Source: a virus
Taxonomy: Duplodnaviria; Caudoviricetes
IMG/VR virus record: IMGVR_UViG_3300022723_000184
Span: 96,001 to 160,000 of that record
Length of the DNA stretch: 64,000 nucleotides
Strand: one strand, 5' to 3'
Below the pieces are notes generated by a model. That model was not told the origin of the DNA, made no database searches, and saw nothing but the letters and a program-made list of their open reading frames with translations. Made by a program: the position numbers and the translations under genes. Shown in pieces: positions 28,649 through 37,568 of this stretch; position 1 is the stretch's first letter, and every line of letters begins with the position of its first letter.

Positions 28649-29113
28649 ATGTTCAAATTCGCACCGTTCCTGCTACTCGTCGTCTGTTCGGCGACACTGG
28701 CCGACCAGTCTGCCGACGAGTCACAGATCAACTGGAATCTGGTCTTCAAGTGCCTTCACATGAAGGAGGCCAGCGGTAAACTGAGCCCCGATCGTGGGGA
28801 CGACGGTAAGGCCCTTGGACCCTACCAGATCCACGAGGTTTACTGGAAGGACGCGCTCAAGGGTGATCCGTCGATCGGCGGGAAGTACGAGGACTGCAGC
28901 GACAAGGCCTACTCCGAGAAGGTGATCAAGGCTTACATGCGACGGTGGCTCGTGGTGAGCCGGGTCGGCAAGGTGATGACCTACGAACTCATTTGCCGGT
29001 CCCACAACGGGGGAGGCCCTAGGGCCTGGCCCAAGCACCCCGGCCACATGCGGTGGCTTCAGGCCTCCCAGGCGTACTGGGAGTCTGCGGTCTTCGATCC
29101 CCTGCGGAAATAG
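28649..29113 (+). CDS. Lysozyme-like (invertebrate-type/destabilase-like) muramidase with signal peptide
   Basis: EASG..GDDGKALGPYQIHEVYWKDA..HNGG motifs; hydrophobic N-terminus ending ATLA. Confidence 0.65.
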   Translation: MFKFAPFLLLVVCSATLADQSADESQINWNLVFKCLHMKEASGKLSPDRGDDGKALGPYQIHEVYWKDALKGDPSIGGKYEDCSDKAYSEKVIKAYMRRWLVVSRVGKVMTYELICRSHNGGGPRAWPKHPGHMRWLQASQAYWESAVFDPLRK

Positions 29114-29149
29114 ACCGAAAATCACAGGTCCCGATTGACCTTGATTGAC

Positions 29150-29185
29150 GACGCAATACCGGCTCATCAGCCGGGAAAACTAGGA
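29150..29185 (+). repeat. Possible decayed solitary repeat D
   Basis: GACGCAATACCGGCTCATCAG.. 22/36 identical to the repeat; 5' half kept, 3' stem arm lost. Confidence 0.4.
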
Positions 29186-29194
29186 GAAGCTATC

Positions 29195-29929
29195 ATGAAG
29201 ACTCTGATCATCGCTATCGCTGCCGTGCTGCTCGTGTGTCCGGCGTTCGGGCAGGAGCAGGAGACGAAACTTCAATCACTCGGCGCTCGTCGGGCCATGG
29301 TCCGCTACAAGGCCAAGGTCGCGAACGCAGAGCGCCTGTACAAGGCCGCACTGTTGCGAGCGGCGAAAGACCTGAAAGAAGAACTTCAAGCCGACCTCAT
29401 CAAGGTTACGAAGACCGGCAACCTGGAGTCCGCCAACCAGGTGAAGGCCGAGCTGGATCGCATTCAGGCGGAAATCGAAAAGATGACCAACCCTGACGCT
29501 AAGCCGAGCAATACGCCCAGCGACTCCGTTGAAATCACTGAGGGCGATCCGAATGTCAAAGTCGGGAAACTCAAGCCCACTCGCGACTGGTGGACGCTCG
29601 CCCAACTCAAAGCAGGTGACAAAGTTTACTTCCGGGCGGCTGGAACATGGGAGATCTTTGGCGTCGGCACCTGCGGGCCTGACGGCGGCCGTGGAAGCAA
29701 GGGCGACAAGAACGACCCGCTCCCCGGCGCTCCAGTGGGCGCAATTCTCGGCAGGCTTCCTGGCTCCACCGACGAGAAGCGGGCTACTGGCTTTGTGATT
29801 GGGCGCAGCGCCGTATTCACTGCCAAGGAGGATGGCGCGTTCCAGCTTCGCGTCAACAAGACGAGCGGCTACATCTACAAGTGCGATGGCGAACTGGCCT
29901 ACAAAGTCAAGGTCGTTCCAGCCAACTGA
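29195..29929 (+). CDS. Secreted protein: signal peptide, coiled coil, C-terminal PA-IL/LecA-like lectin fold
   Basis: KAGDKVYFRAAGTW..CGPDG..PLPGAPVGAILG..FVIG..GAFQLRVN pattern. Confidence 0.6.
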   Translation: MKTLIIAIAAVLLVCPAFGQEQETKLQSLGARRAMVRYKAKVANAERLYKAALLRAAKDLKEELQADLIKVTKTGNLESANQVKAELDRIQAEIEKMTNPDAKPSNTPSDSVEITEGDPNVKVGKLKPTRDWWTLAQLKAGDKVYFRAAGTWEIFGVGTCGPDGGRGSKGDKNDPLPGAPVGAILGRLPGSTDEKRATGFVIGRSAVFTAKEDGAFQLRVNKTSGYIYKCDGELAYKVKVVPAN

Positions 29930-29932
29930 TCC

Positions 29933-29946
29933 AAAAAGTACTTTTT
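29933..29946. promoter_or_regulatory. Palindromic motif AAAAAGTACTTTTT
   Basis: Second copy; abuts solitary repeat E. Confidence 0.6.
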
Positions 29947-29979
29947 AAAATACCCGCATATCGGCTTAAAAGATATGAC
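29944..29979 (+). repeat. Degenerate solitary CRISPR repeat E (sense, upstream of RBS)
   Basis: AAATACCCG-CATATC-GGCTTAAAA-GATATG-AC; 25/36 identical; two compensatory pairs. Confidence 0.85.
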
Positions 29980-29995
29980 GAAAGGGAGGCACACG

Positions 29996-30190
29996 ATGCT
30001 GTGCGCTACCGAAGGCAAGGCGTGCGTCCTCGTCGGATTCATCGCCACACTCGCAGGGATCATCGTGGCAGCGTACACCACGCCGCTAACCGGGATCGCC
30101 TGGGGCATGGTTGCTCTGCTGGGCCTGTTGGCCTGGGTGAACACCAAGCTCGAACCCGCGGACCGCGATGGTCCCGGGAAACGAAACTAA
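29996..30190 (+). CDS. Small two-TM membrane protein
   Basis: RBS GGGAGG; two hydrophobic segments; 64 aa. Confidence 0.6.
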   Translation: MLCATEGKACVLVGFIATLAGIIVAAYTTPLTGIAWGMVALLGLLAWVNTKLEPADRDGPGKRN

Positions 30191-30193
30191 ACC

Positions 30194-30297
30194 CAGGACC
30201 CTGGGTAGCCTCGTCATGTAGGACGAGCGAGAGAGCGACATGGCGTCGCGCATTACTCCCGCTACGTCCCTACCGACAAGGCTACCCCAGGGTCCTG
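30194..30297 (+). ncRNA. Candidate long rod-like RNA hairpin
   Basis: 18-bp closing stem CAGGACCCTGGGTAGCCT/AGGCTACCCCAGGGTCCTG plus inner stems GTAGGACG/CGTCCCTAC, AGCG/CGCT, GCGAC/GTCGC. Confidence 0.55.
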
Positions 30298-30310
30298 ACA
30301 ACCGCTCCTT

Positions 30311-30334
30311 AGCCCCAGAAGGGGGCTTTTCTTT
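30311..30334 (+). terminator. Rho-independent terminator
   Basis: AGCCCC-AGAAG-GGGGCT followed by TTTCTTT. Confidence 0.75.
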
Positions 30335-30395
30335 ACCTATTGCAGGGGCGGAGGTAGGATGAGAAGCTCAACCCTTTTCTGAAGGAGACCGCGTC

Positions 30396-30761
30396 GTGAA
30401 CACCCCCAACGCCGCACATCAGCAGAGCCTCCACGTGGTGGAGAAGGCCTGCAAGTTCGCCCCCGACATGTCGACGGGCACCATCGTGATCGAGTCGTCC
30501 AACGACGAGCAGTTCAACCTTGCGATCGAGGAGCTGCAGAGCGCCGCGGCCCGCAACCTGGCCGCAGGCTACGCCTCGTCGAAGGGCATGGGCGACGCTC
30601 GGATCAACGGGAACGTCGTCGGCCCCTACCCGATCAACGCCAAGGGCGTGCCCCTGGACCAGGTCAAGGACGAGGCCGGCAACACGCTGCCCCCGCAGCA
30701 CCCGGAGATGCAGCCGGCCGCCTACCGGGCGGACATCCCGGTCTGCCGCAAGCTCGTATGA
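30396..30761 (+). CDS. Hypothetical protein
   Basis: RBS GAAGGAG; GTG start. Confidence 0.65.
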   Translation: MNTPNAAHQQSLHVVEKACKFAPDMSTGTIVIESSNDEQFNLAIEELQSAAARNLAAGYASSKGMGDARINGNVVGPYPINAKGVPLDQVKDEAGNTLPPQHPEMQPAAYRADIPVCRKLV

Positions 30762-31252
30762 TCGAGCAGATCACGGCCAAAGAACTCAGGATACAAATGG
30801 AAGCGTTGCCCGAGCAACGCTTCTGTTTTTTGGTGAAGCACGTGCTGCAGGTCGACGACGGCATGGACTGCGAGTCGATGCAGTTGACCGACGTCCTCAA
30901 GCTGGGCCTGGCTGACTGGATGACCAAGCTCAGCGTGATGGACGGAGACAATCAGCAGAAGATCTTCGCCGAGTTCTCCGGCGCCTTTCAGAAGTACGTG
31001 CTGCAGAAGGCCGACACCGGCCGCTGGCCCGTGGCGCAGCTGGGAATCCTGGATTTCCGGTGGGTGGTCCTGAACCCCGTGTTCACCGACGGAAAGGGGT
31101 TCTACGACCTGCAGAAGGATCGCTGGACCAGGAGGCTACCGTACCACGCCCTCACGCTGCTATACTGTGACCTGTCGGCCCTGCTCAGCCGCCTGAGCGA
31201 TCGAATCGAACGGACTCGAAAAAAGGTCGAAGAGCTGACGGATGGACCCTAG
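30758..31252 (+). CDS. Hypothetical protein
   Basis: ATGA overlap; coding-like composition. Confidence 0.6.
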   Translation: MIEQITAKELRIQMEALPEQRFCFLVKHVLQVDDGMDCESMQLTDVLKLGLADWMTKLSVMDGDNQQKIFAEFSGAFQKYVLQKADTGRWPVAQLGILDFRWVVLNPVFTDGKGFYDLQKDRWTRRLPYHALTLLYCDLSALLSRLSDRIERTRKKVEELTDGP

Positions 31253-31970
31253 CGGCAACAACCTGCTGTACGACCAGTCGTTCCGGCGATCGTACCCCAA
31301 ACCCAAAAGCCCGAGATCCAGGCTGCAGCAACTGCTGCACAGCGAGGATACGTACGCGACGACACTGCTCGTCCTATTCGCTGACCGGTACGGGATGGAG
31401 GGCTTGGACTGGCACCCGGAGACCATCCGGCTCCAGCTCCAGAGCGACTTCGGGGTGCAGATCCCGAAGCACACGTTGGACAAGCTGATGGCCGCGATCG
31501 CAATCGTGACCACCGATGCGTTCTACAAGGACCTCACCAGGTTCATCGAGCTGTCGAACATCTTGGCCGGGGACGACTTTGACCCGACCGTGTTCGAGCC
31601 CGCGGACTCCGCCGAGATGGCATGGGCCGTGGCCGAGGCCACGCTGCTTTTTCCGCCGGAGGACGAGACGTTTTCAGACGAGATCAAGGGGTACGTCGGG
31701 TCCGTACTCCGCGACGAGGGCTACGTACGCCCGCCGAAAATCCTGAGCTTTGCGACCGACGCCGACTTCGCGTCCAAGGTCGAGCATGACTTCCAGGATG
31801 ACCCAGAGATGTTCCAGGCGGTATACGCCAACCAGTCGGCGAAGGCCGACGAGATCGACACCCTGGTCATGGACAACCTCCGTGAACTCTTCGGCCAGGT
31901 GACCTCCCTTCCCCTGAAAAACGGGGACACCAGCCAGATTGCCGAACGGATCAAGAAGACCATCGGCTGA
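31242..31970 (+). CDS. Hypothetical protein
   Basis: Overlaps previous gene; high GC3. Confidence 0.65.
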   Translation: MDPSGNNLLYDQSFRRSYPKPKSPRSRLQQLLHSEDTYATTLLVLFADRYGMEGLDWHPETIRLQLQSDFGVQIPKHTLDKLMAAIAIVTTDAFYKDLTRFIELSNILAGDDFDPTVFEPADSAEMAWAVAEATLLFPPEDETFSDEIKGYVGSVLRDEGYVRPPKILSFATDADFASKVEHDFQDDPEMFQAVYANQSAKADEIDTLVMDNLRELFGQVTSLPLKNGDTSQIAERIKKTIG

Positions 31971-32006
31971 CGGCTAAGAGAACAACCGAGCAACAAGGGG
32001 AACGCT

Positions 32007-32297
32007 ATGTGTGCGCCCACGCACGACAAGGCTCCCGGCGACGACGGCCTCTTCAAATTCGTTCGGGTGAACGGCGAGTACCGGTTCACCCTCGCGATGT
32101 TCGGAGGCCGCACCCACAAGTCCCTGGTCGGGGAAGGCGAGACCGCCGAATCGGCCGGGACCATGGACGTCCGGGAAGACTGTTGGAAGATGGCGGACTG
32201 GCGGTCAATGACGCTGGGCATCGGCGTAGACGGCCAGACGGACATAGACAACCTCACCGAGTTGCTCGGTAAACCGTACCGGGACAGGTGGAGTTGA
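32007..32297 (+). CDS. Hypothetical protein
   Basis: RBS AAGGGG. Confidence 0.6.
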   Translation: MCAPTHDKAPGDDGLFKFVRVNGEYRFTLAMFGGRTHKSLVGEGETAESAGTMDVREDCWKMADWRSMTLGIGVDGQTDIDNLTELLGKPYRDRWS

Positions 32298-32302
32298 CCT
32301 AG

Positions 32303-32572
32303 ATGAGCGCAGCCACGATACCCAACTACGGATGCTTCTCCGACGAAGCGAACCAGGACATCGACGAGATGATCGACGTTCTCATCGACAAGATCGAGGA
32401 CGGCGAGCTGACGACCCCTGAGAGACTCGTGGCCGAGATGGCCATGCGAATGAGTGAGATCGGCGACGGTGCGTGCGATACCGTTGTCAAAGAAACTGTG
32501 GCATACCACCTGCGAGATGCAATGGAAGAGCACAACATCCCTGAGTTCGGGATGCTCCTATACGGGTGGTGA
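32303..32572 (+). CDS. Hypothetical acidic protein
   Basis: Compact ORF in operon. Confidence 0.55.
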   Translation: MSAATIPNYGCFSDEANQDIDEMIDVLIDKIEDGELTTPERLVAEMAMRMSEIGDGACDTVVKETVAYHLRDAMEEHNIPEFGMLLYGW

Positions 32573-32635
32573 CCAGAGTCCAGGGCAGGACGCCCGCGAG
32601 GCCGTCCCAATGGACGGGAACAGGAAAGGGATGTA

Positions 32636-32875
32636 GTGCTAGTAGAAGGGCACATTCCACAGCAGAGCGTCGAGGAAGACGTCGAAGCAGCTACCCGCAG
32701 GGAAGCGGTCATCGAGTTCATGAAGCGCCACCCAGGTGTGTGCATAGAGAGCATCGATGGTGAAATGATCAGGGGTCTGTGCGAGAGCTGCAGCAAACCG
32801 ATCATGGAGAGCGACACCGAGTTCAACTACGACTCCGAAGGTGTCTATTGGTGTAAGGATGACTGCGAAACATGA
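32636..32875 (+). CDS. Hypothetical zinc-finger protein
   Basis: CESC..WCKDDC motifs. Confidence 0.55.
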   Translation: MLVEGHIPQQSVEEDVEAATRREAVIEFMKRHPGVCIESIDGEMIRGLCESCSKPIMESDTEFNYDSEGVYWCKDDCET

Positions 32876-33351
32876 GTCACGTTGTTGAGACCGAACCTGA
32901 CGGCCCTGACCAGGGCATCAGAGACCTATACGTGTTGAAGAAGGCCGCAGAACGCTGCGGCCTTGTCTTTAACGAGGGACAGACGCATTTCAGAACTTGG
33001 GCCGACGACCACAACGGTCGTCTGGTCGGGGACTGGCCGCTGCCTGAGGGCCGGACGCTGGACGACGTGGGTAAGTGCGCCCACGCCCTTAGCCTGCCGA
33101 ACGCCGCCAAGTCAGGCGTCGACAGCTACGAGATCGGCGTGGTGGAGTCTAAGAAACATCCGGGCACCTATTCGTTGATGTACGACTTCTGGCGTGGTGC
33201 CCTGGAGAAGAAGGCCGGCAACTGGTGCGAGGACCTGCTGATGTACTACCAGATGGAGGCCGCGAAGCTCGCGGCCGAGGAGCAGGACCATACGTACGTC
33301 GAAGAACAGCTGGCGGACGGGACCTTCGTGGCCCGGGTAGAGGTGAACTGA
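32872..33351 (+). CDS. DUF1257-like protein
   Basis: HALSL..YEIGV..YSLMYDFW pattern; synteny with DUF2997-like and Ycf46-like genes. Confidence 0.6.
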   Translation: MSHVVETEPDGPDQGIRDLYVLKKAAERCGLVFNEGQTHFRTWADDHNGRLVGDWPLPEGRTLDDVGKCAHALSLPNAAKSGVDSYEIGVVESKKHPGTYSLMYDFWRGALEKKAGNWCEDLLMYYQMEAAKLAAEEQDHTYVEEQLADGTFVARVEVN

Positions 33352-33545
33352 TGCCAGAGATCAAGTTCCACTTCCAGAAGGGCGGCAAGGTCAACATGGA
33401 GGTCAACGGGGTGAAGGGAGAAGGCTGCCGCACCCTGACCGCCGCGTACCGCGAGAAGATGCTCGGCATGGTGACGTCGGACGAGCCGACTGACGAGATG
33501 TACGAGGCCGAGACGGAAAACGAACAGGAGCACGAGCACGGATGA
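33351..33545 (+). CDS. DUF2997-like small protein
   Basis: GKVNMEVNGVKGEGCRTLT..LG motif. Confidence 0.65.
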   Translation: MPEIKFHFQKGGKVNMEVNGVKGEGCRTLTAAYREKMLGMVTSDEPTDEMYEAETENEQEHEHG

Positions 33546-33549
33546 AGCT

Positions 33550-33588
33550 GTCTCGCCTTGTCTTGCCTTTAAGTCGGCGAGCTGCATT
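33550..33588 (-). repeat. Degenerate solitary repeat F with own -10 box (TAGAAT, 33595-33600)
   Basis: - strand AATGCAG-CTCGCC-GACTTAAAGGCAAGACAA-GGCGAG-AC; 31/35 identical to copy A. Confidence 0.75.
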
Positions 33589-33615
33589 GTCCGTATTCTA
33601 CTCAGGTGAGTCTAG

Positions 33616-35139
33616 ATGAAACTTAAAAAAGCGATTGAGGAAGCGGTCTCTGCCGGCTATGGCGGGATCTGGGTCCGCTCCCCTGAACACGAAGACGCCA
33701 TCCGCCTGATCAGTGACGTGTGCAAAGAGTTCGGCTGGAACATGGCCATGTTCGACCTGGACCGTGGCTTCCGCATCGTTGGTGCGGAGGAGTCCCATGT
33801 CACCGAACCGAGCTTGGGCGCAGCGCTCAAGGCGTCGATCAAGTGGGTCGAGACGGCGGACGACGTGGAGACCGAGGACTCGCAGTACCTGCTGGTCGTT
33901 CGCAACCTTCACTTCAGTCTGAATAACAGCAAGACGATCCAGATCCTGCAGCACGTGATCGAGGAGGGCGCCGCCCTCGGCCTTCACGTGATCGGCCTGA
34001 CGCCTGAGGGCATCAAGCTGCCGCGGGAGCTGGACAATTACTTCTACCCCACGCACCACACGCTTCCGGACATGGGGGAGCTGTACGACCTGGTGCTTGA
34101 GGTGGACGACGAGATCAAGATGCCCGAGAAGGGATCCAAGGACGCTGAGCAGCTTTTGTCGAACGTGACGGGCATGACCCGTATGGCGGCAATGGGCGCC
34201 TACGGCATCTCCCTGGCCCGCCACAACAAGATGGACCCGGAGACGCTCAGCCAGGTCAAGTCCGAGACCATGGAGGCCGGCGGCCTGTTGTCGATCCACG
34301 AGTCCAAGCAGGGCTTCGAGGCGGTGGCCGGCTGCGACCACATCAAGGACTTCCTCAAAACCGGCATCCTCTCGCCGAATAAGACCGACGTCGTTCGGTT
34401 GCGTGCGGTGATGCTGCTGGGCTGGCCGGGCACCGGCAAGTCGTTCCTCACCCAGTGCCTGGGTAAGGAGACCACCCGGCCGACCGTGGAGGTCGACGTG
34501 GGGGCTCTCAAAGGGAGCCTGGTGGGCCAGACCGAGGAGAACACCCGCAGGGCCCTGGCGACACTGGACGCCATGGCCCCGTGCATCGCCTACTTCGACG
34601 AGATCGAGAAAGCGGTCACGACCAACGCCATGGACAGCGGGGCCAGCAGCGGACAGCTGGGGGCCCTTCTGACGTGGCTGAACGACCACACGTCAGACGT
34701 GGTCTGCGTGTTCACCTCGAACGACATCTCGCACCTGCCTCCTGAGTTCCTGCGGGCGGAGCGGATGGACGGGATCTTCTACTTCGGCCGGCCGACGCGT
34801 GAGGCGAAGGACCGGGCGTGGGAAATCTACGAGGCCAAGTTCGGTGTCTCGGGCGAGCGCCCGGACGACACGGACTGGACGCCGGCCGAGATCAAGACCT
34901 GTTGCCGGCTGGCCGCCCTGTTCGACCGGAGCCTGGTCGACTCGGCGAACCAGGTGGTGCCGGTCTATCGGACCAATGGCGAGAAGATCAACGCCCTCGA
35001 AGAGTGGGCCGAGGACCGATGCCTGAGCGCCGACTACCACGGCGTGTTCACGCGGAAGTCCCGTCCCAAGATGATCGAGCGGCCGGGCGGTGGCGAGAAG
35101 CCTCGCCGGAGGGTCCGCCGCAAGGCTGGGACCAAATAA
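33616..35139 (+). CDS. AAA+ ATPase, Ycf46-like
   Basis: Walker A GWPGTGKS; Walker B IAYFDEIEK; SRH TSNDISHLPPEFLRAERMD. Confidence 0.88.
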   Translation: MKLKKAIEEAVSAGYGGIWVRSPEHEDAIRLISDVCKEFGWNMAMFDLDRGFRIVGAEESHVTEPSLGAALKASIKWVETADDVETEDSQYLLVVRNLHFSLNNSKTIQILQHVIEEGAALGLHVIGLTPEGIKLPRELDNYFYPTHHTLPDMGELYDLVLEVDDEIKMPEKGSKDAEQLLSNVTGMTRMAAMGAYGISLARHNKMDPETLSQVKSETMEAGGLLSIHESKQGFEAVAGCDHIKDFLKTGILSPNKTDVVRLRAVMLLGWPGTGKSFLTQCLGKETTRPTVEVDVGALKGSLVGQTEENTRRALATLDAMAPCIAYFDEIEKAVTTNAMDSGASSGQLGALLTWLNDHTSDVVCVFTSNDISHLPPEFLRAERMDGIFYFGRPTREAKDRAWEIYEAKFGVSGERPDDTDWTPAEIKTCCRLAALFDRSLVDSANQVVPVYRTNGEKINALEEWAEDRCLSADYHGVFTRKSRPKMIERPGGGEKPRRRVRRKAGTK

Positions 35140-35148
35140 GGAGGTCAC

Positions 35149-36360
35149 ATGACCACCATGACCCAAGACACCAACCTGTTCGACAAACCCCAGGTCTCCG
35201 AGAAATCGGTGGACGCGTCACCGAGCGAAAAGCTGCAGCAGGAGTGCTGCGGTTGCCGGCTGAGCTTCAGCTGGCTTGCCTCTAACAAGGGCCTGTCGGA
35301 CGCCGACAAGCAGGGCATGGCCCTGGCCCTGGGCGTGACGGACCGCAAGGCCCTGAGCGCCAGCAAGCGGCTCTTCGACTCGAAGCAGCCGTGGATCAAG
35401 ATGGCCAACGAGCTGCGGAATCGTATCAGCAACTACTGGTACGGCATGACCATCCCGCTGGCCCAGGCCCACACCGACGACGTCCGCCTGGAGGGCGGCG
35501 TCCGGCTGGTCCGCCGTGACCAGATCGAAGAGTTCCACAACCGGATGCTCGCTTACAAGAGCGAGGCCGAGACCGTCGAGCAGAAGCTCGTGGAGCATCG
35601 CGACGAGATCCTCGCGGCGTCCCGGAAGATGCTCGGCAACAAGTTCGAGGCGAGCGACTACCCGGCCCGGTTCCAGCTGTCCTTCCGCTGGGGCTTTCCC
35701 AGCGTGGAAATCCCCAGCTACCTGGAGGAGCTGTCGCCGGAGGTCTACCAGGCCGAGCTGCGGGCCGTGAAGCAGCGGTTCGAGGACACCTACGAACTGG
35801 CCACGAGCGTCATGCTCAGCGAGTTCCAGGCGGTGATCGCGAGCTGGGTCGCCCGGCTGGGTCCGGTGCTGAAGATCTACCCGCCCCGAGGTCACGAGCA
35901 CAACGCTCTGGCCGGGGCCAAGATCGACGAGCGTACCGACAACCCTGACGGCTCGATCACGCTCAAGTTGCGGCACAGGCCGCCGCACGAGAAGAAGAGT
36001 ACGGTCCACGAGATCACGGTCGCCGACGACAACGAGTACGCCTCGTTACGTGCGGCCAAGGACCCGACCGAGAAGCAGACCTTCAAGAACTCGACGGTCC
36101 AGAACCTGCTCGACCTGATCGGCAAGTTCCGGAACCTGGGCGGGACCATCTCGTCGAGTGTCGAGTTCGAGGGCCTGGTGGACCAGGTCTCCCAGCAGAT
36201 CCGTGGCTTCAACGACGCCGAGGACCTGGGCAAGGAGCTGCGGGACAGCAAGCGTTTCCGTGAGGACACGCACAAGCTGATGAGCGAGCTGTCGTCGAAC
36301 CTGGAGGGCCAGGTCGTCGAGTTCACCAAGAAGCGGCGGAAGATCCGCCGCATGAACTGA
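35149..36360 (+). CDS. DUF3150-like protein
   Basis: CRLSFSW..ASKRLFD..GVRLVRRDQIEEF..LGNKFEASDYP; usual partner of this AAA cluster. Confidence 0.55.
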   Translation: MTTMTQDTNLFDKPQVSEKSVDASPSEKLQQECCGCRLSFSWLASNKGLSDADKQGMALALGVTDRKALSASKRLFDSKQPWIKMANELRNRISNYWYGMTIPLAQAHTDDVRLEGGVRLVRRDQIEEFHNRMLAYKSEAETVEQKLVEHRDEILAASRKMLGNKFEASDYPARFQLSFRWGFPSVEIPSYLEELSPEVYQAELRAVKQRFEDTYELATSVMLSEFQAVIASWVARLGPVLKIYPPRGHEHNALAGAKIDERTDNPDGSITLKLRHRPPHEKKSTVHEITVADDNEYASLRAAKDPTEKQTFKNSTVQNLLDLIGKFRNLGGTISSSVEFEGLVDQVSQQIRGFNDAEDLGKELRDSKRFREDTHKLMSELSSNLEGQVVEFTKKRRKIRRMN

Positions 36361-36629
36361 TGAGCGGGACCGTCATTCGGTTCACGAAGGGTGGGGGCGT
36401 TCGTGCGATTTATCATGACTCCTACAAGTTCGGCGCGGTGCCACGGAGGGCATCTCGCGTCGAGCCGATCCAGTCGGGCTCGCAGGCCGGCCGGTGGTTC
36501 GTGGACATGAGCCCGCTGGGCGCCAGGTTTCAGTACTGCCTGCTGCAAACCCACGAGGCGAGGCAGGAGGCGCTCGCCGCAGAGGTCAAACACATCGAGG
36601 AGGTCTGGATCTATGCTGATCGGACTTGA
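36360..36629 (+). CDS. Hypothetical protein of the AAA cluster
   Basis: VRAIY..RRASRVEP..WFVDMSPLG motif. Confidence 0.6.
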   Translation: MSGTVIRFTKGGGVRAIYHDSYKFGAVPRRASRVEPIQSGSQAGRWFVDMSPLGARFQYCLLQTHEARQEALAAEVKHIEEVWIYADRT

Positions 36630-37197
36630 CCGACGACAACTGAACCACGTGATCTTCGCCCTCCGCTTCTTGCAGTCGCAGGTCGAGGTGGACGCGGAGG
36701 TCGAGGACATCCTGGCGGAGTCCGAGCTGATCAAGGGCGAGGACGTCGACCCCATGTCGATGGAGGAGATCGACGAGCTGTGTGAGCACGTCAACACCAG
36801 CAACTTCGGTCGCCTGTACAAGGGCGGCTCGATGTTCCTCCGCAACGCGATCGGCGACGCCAAGGGTAGCGACGGCGAGCACGACTACGAGCTGTCGACC
36901 GTGACGTTTGGCGACAACCCGCTGATCGGTAGCAAGTACTCGGGCTGCTACTGGGGCCCGTCCTGGGAGGACCTGGTCCTGATGGCCAGGGCGGCGGGCG
37001 TCGACGACAACAACTGGGCGCCAGGCGACAAGGTTCGATGGACGGACCCCGACGAGGGCAAGGCCTCGGACGACGGGGTCATCGAGAGCGTGCAGCACCA
37101 GGAGATGGACGCGGTGATCACGGTTAAGCTCAAGAGCGGCTCCGTGGTCGAAGCCCTTCCCCGGGAGCTGCGGTTTTACTGCAAGAAAGAAAAGTGA
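36613..37197 (+). CDS. Hypothetical protein
   Basis: RBS GGAGG; high GC3. Confidence 0.6.
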   Translation: MLIGLDRRQLNHVIFALRFLQSQVEVDAEVEDILAESELIKGEDVDPMSMEEIDELCEHVNTSNFGRLYKGGSMFLRNAIGDAKGSDGEHDYELSTVTFGDNPLIGSKYSGCYWGPSWEDLVLMARAAGVDDNNWAPGDKVRWTDPDEGKASDDGVIESVQHQEMDAVITVKLKSGSVVEALPRELRFYCKKEK

Positions 37198-37238
37198 CAC
37201 CGTACGAGCATGTTGGCCCGAAACAGCACGGAAGGAAA

Positions 37239-37499
37239 ATGAAAATGACCGAAATCACTGAGATCAAGCCTGGCGACATCCTCTGGCAGGGCCACGGCCT
37301 ACTCGGCGGCCGTGATCACGACGACACGGCCACCGGCTACTACGCCACCGAGGCCGAGGCGCTGGCCGCCGTGGAATCGGAGTGGCTGGCGTGGCTGACG
37401 CCCAGCGAGCGAGAGCGCGCTGATACCTACGCTCGGCGATACCGCATCGAGGCCGTCGAGCCCGACGGCACGGTCGGCTCCGCGATCACGATCGACTGA
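37239..37499 (+). CDS. Hypothetical protein
   Basis: RBS GAAGGA. Confidence 0.55.
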   Translation: MKMTEITEIKPGDILWQGHGLLGGRDHDDTATGYYATEAEALAAVESEWLAWLTPSERERADTYARRYRIEAVEPDGTVGSAITID

Positions 37500-37568
37500 C
37501 CCCACCCCCGTCACTCTGCGGAGTGACGTGATGGACGGGTTCAAACACCAAACTGAAAGGAAAACGCT

